Shown here in pieces: positions 45,397 to 45,574 of a DNA stretch of 45,574 nt (position 1 is the first letter of the stretch; every line of letters starts with the position of its first letter). The stretch comes from Candidatus Micrarchaeota archaeon (lineage in GTDB: Archaea; Micrarchaeota; Micrarchaeia; Norongarragalinales; Norongarragalinaceae). The stretch is taken from contig JBBIMI010000005.1 of NCBI GenBank assembly GCA_037444485.1, positions 1 to 45,574 on the forward strand, read 5' to 3'. The notes beneath the pieces were generated by a model, which was not told the DNA's origin, did no database searches, and saw only the letters and a program-made list of their open reading frames with translations. A program made the position numbers and the translations under genes.

Positions 45397-45574
45397 AAAA
45401 ACCTTAATAAGGTTAGTAGCATTATGCTACTAGTTATGAAATAAATTAAAAACCTTAATAAGGTTAGTAGCATTATGCTACTAGTTATGAAATAAATTAA
45501 AAACCTTAATAAGGTTAGTAGCATTATGCTACTAGTTATGAAATAAATTAAAAACCTTAATAAGGTTAGTAGCA
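45397..45574. repeat. Perfect 51 bp tandem repeat, about 3.5 copies, truncated by the window end
   Basis: Unit AAAAACCTTAATAAGGTTAGTAGCATTATGCTACTAGTTATGAAATAAATT at 45397, 45448, 45499 and 45550. Confidence 0.95.

Noticed and set aside
45397-45574. Terminal repeat as a CRISPR array or coding repeat
   Set aside because: Perfect head-to-tail copies without spacers; stop codons interrupt the obvious frame (ATG AAA TAA)

Overview
An archaeal chromosomal segment, most consistent with a DPANN lineage such as Micrarchaeota (inference from gene content, short divergent proteins and giant surface proteins). It carries core information-processing genes (rps27e, aIF2-alpha, nop10, PAC2 chaperone, aIF2-beta, aIF1A, PolD DP2/DP1, csl4, rpoL, PCNA, Nop5, GlyRS) and metabolic genes (PGK, SDR, CarS, a fused dTTP-synthesis cluster). 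It also holds two tandem giant paralogous surface proteins and an archaeosortase with a divergent substrate. Four signals stand out. (1) Two intron-containing tRNA genes, Ile-GAT with three introns and Thr-CGT with one, whose long introns are built from a dispersed 39-40 bp hairpin repeat. The same repeat forms an intergenic array and shows a compensatory base change. (2) A protein in which an internal PEF-CTERM sorting signal runs directly into a class III (pilin-type) signal peptide, next to an archaeosortase. (3) A kinase-dCMP deaminase, MtrA-like-ThyA and NDK cluster. (4) A 51 bp double-palindrome tandem repeat at the window end. All calls come from reading motifs by eye; no searches were run.
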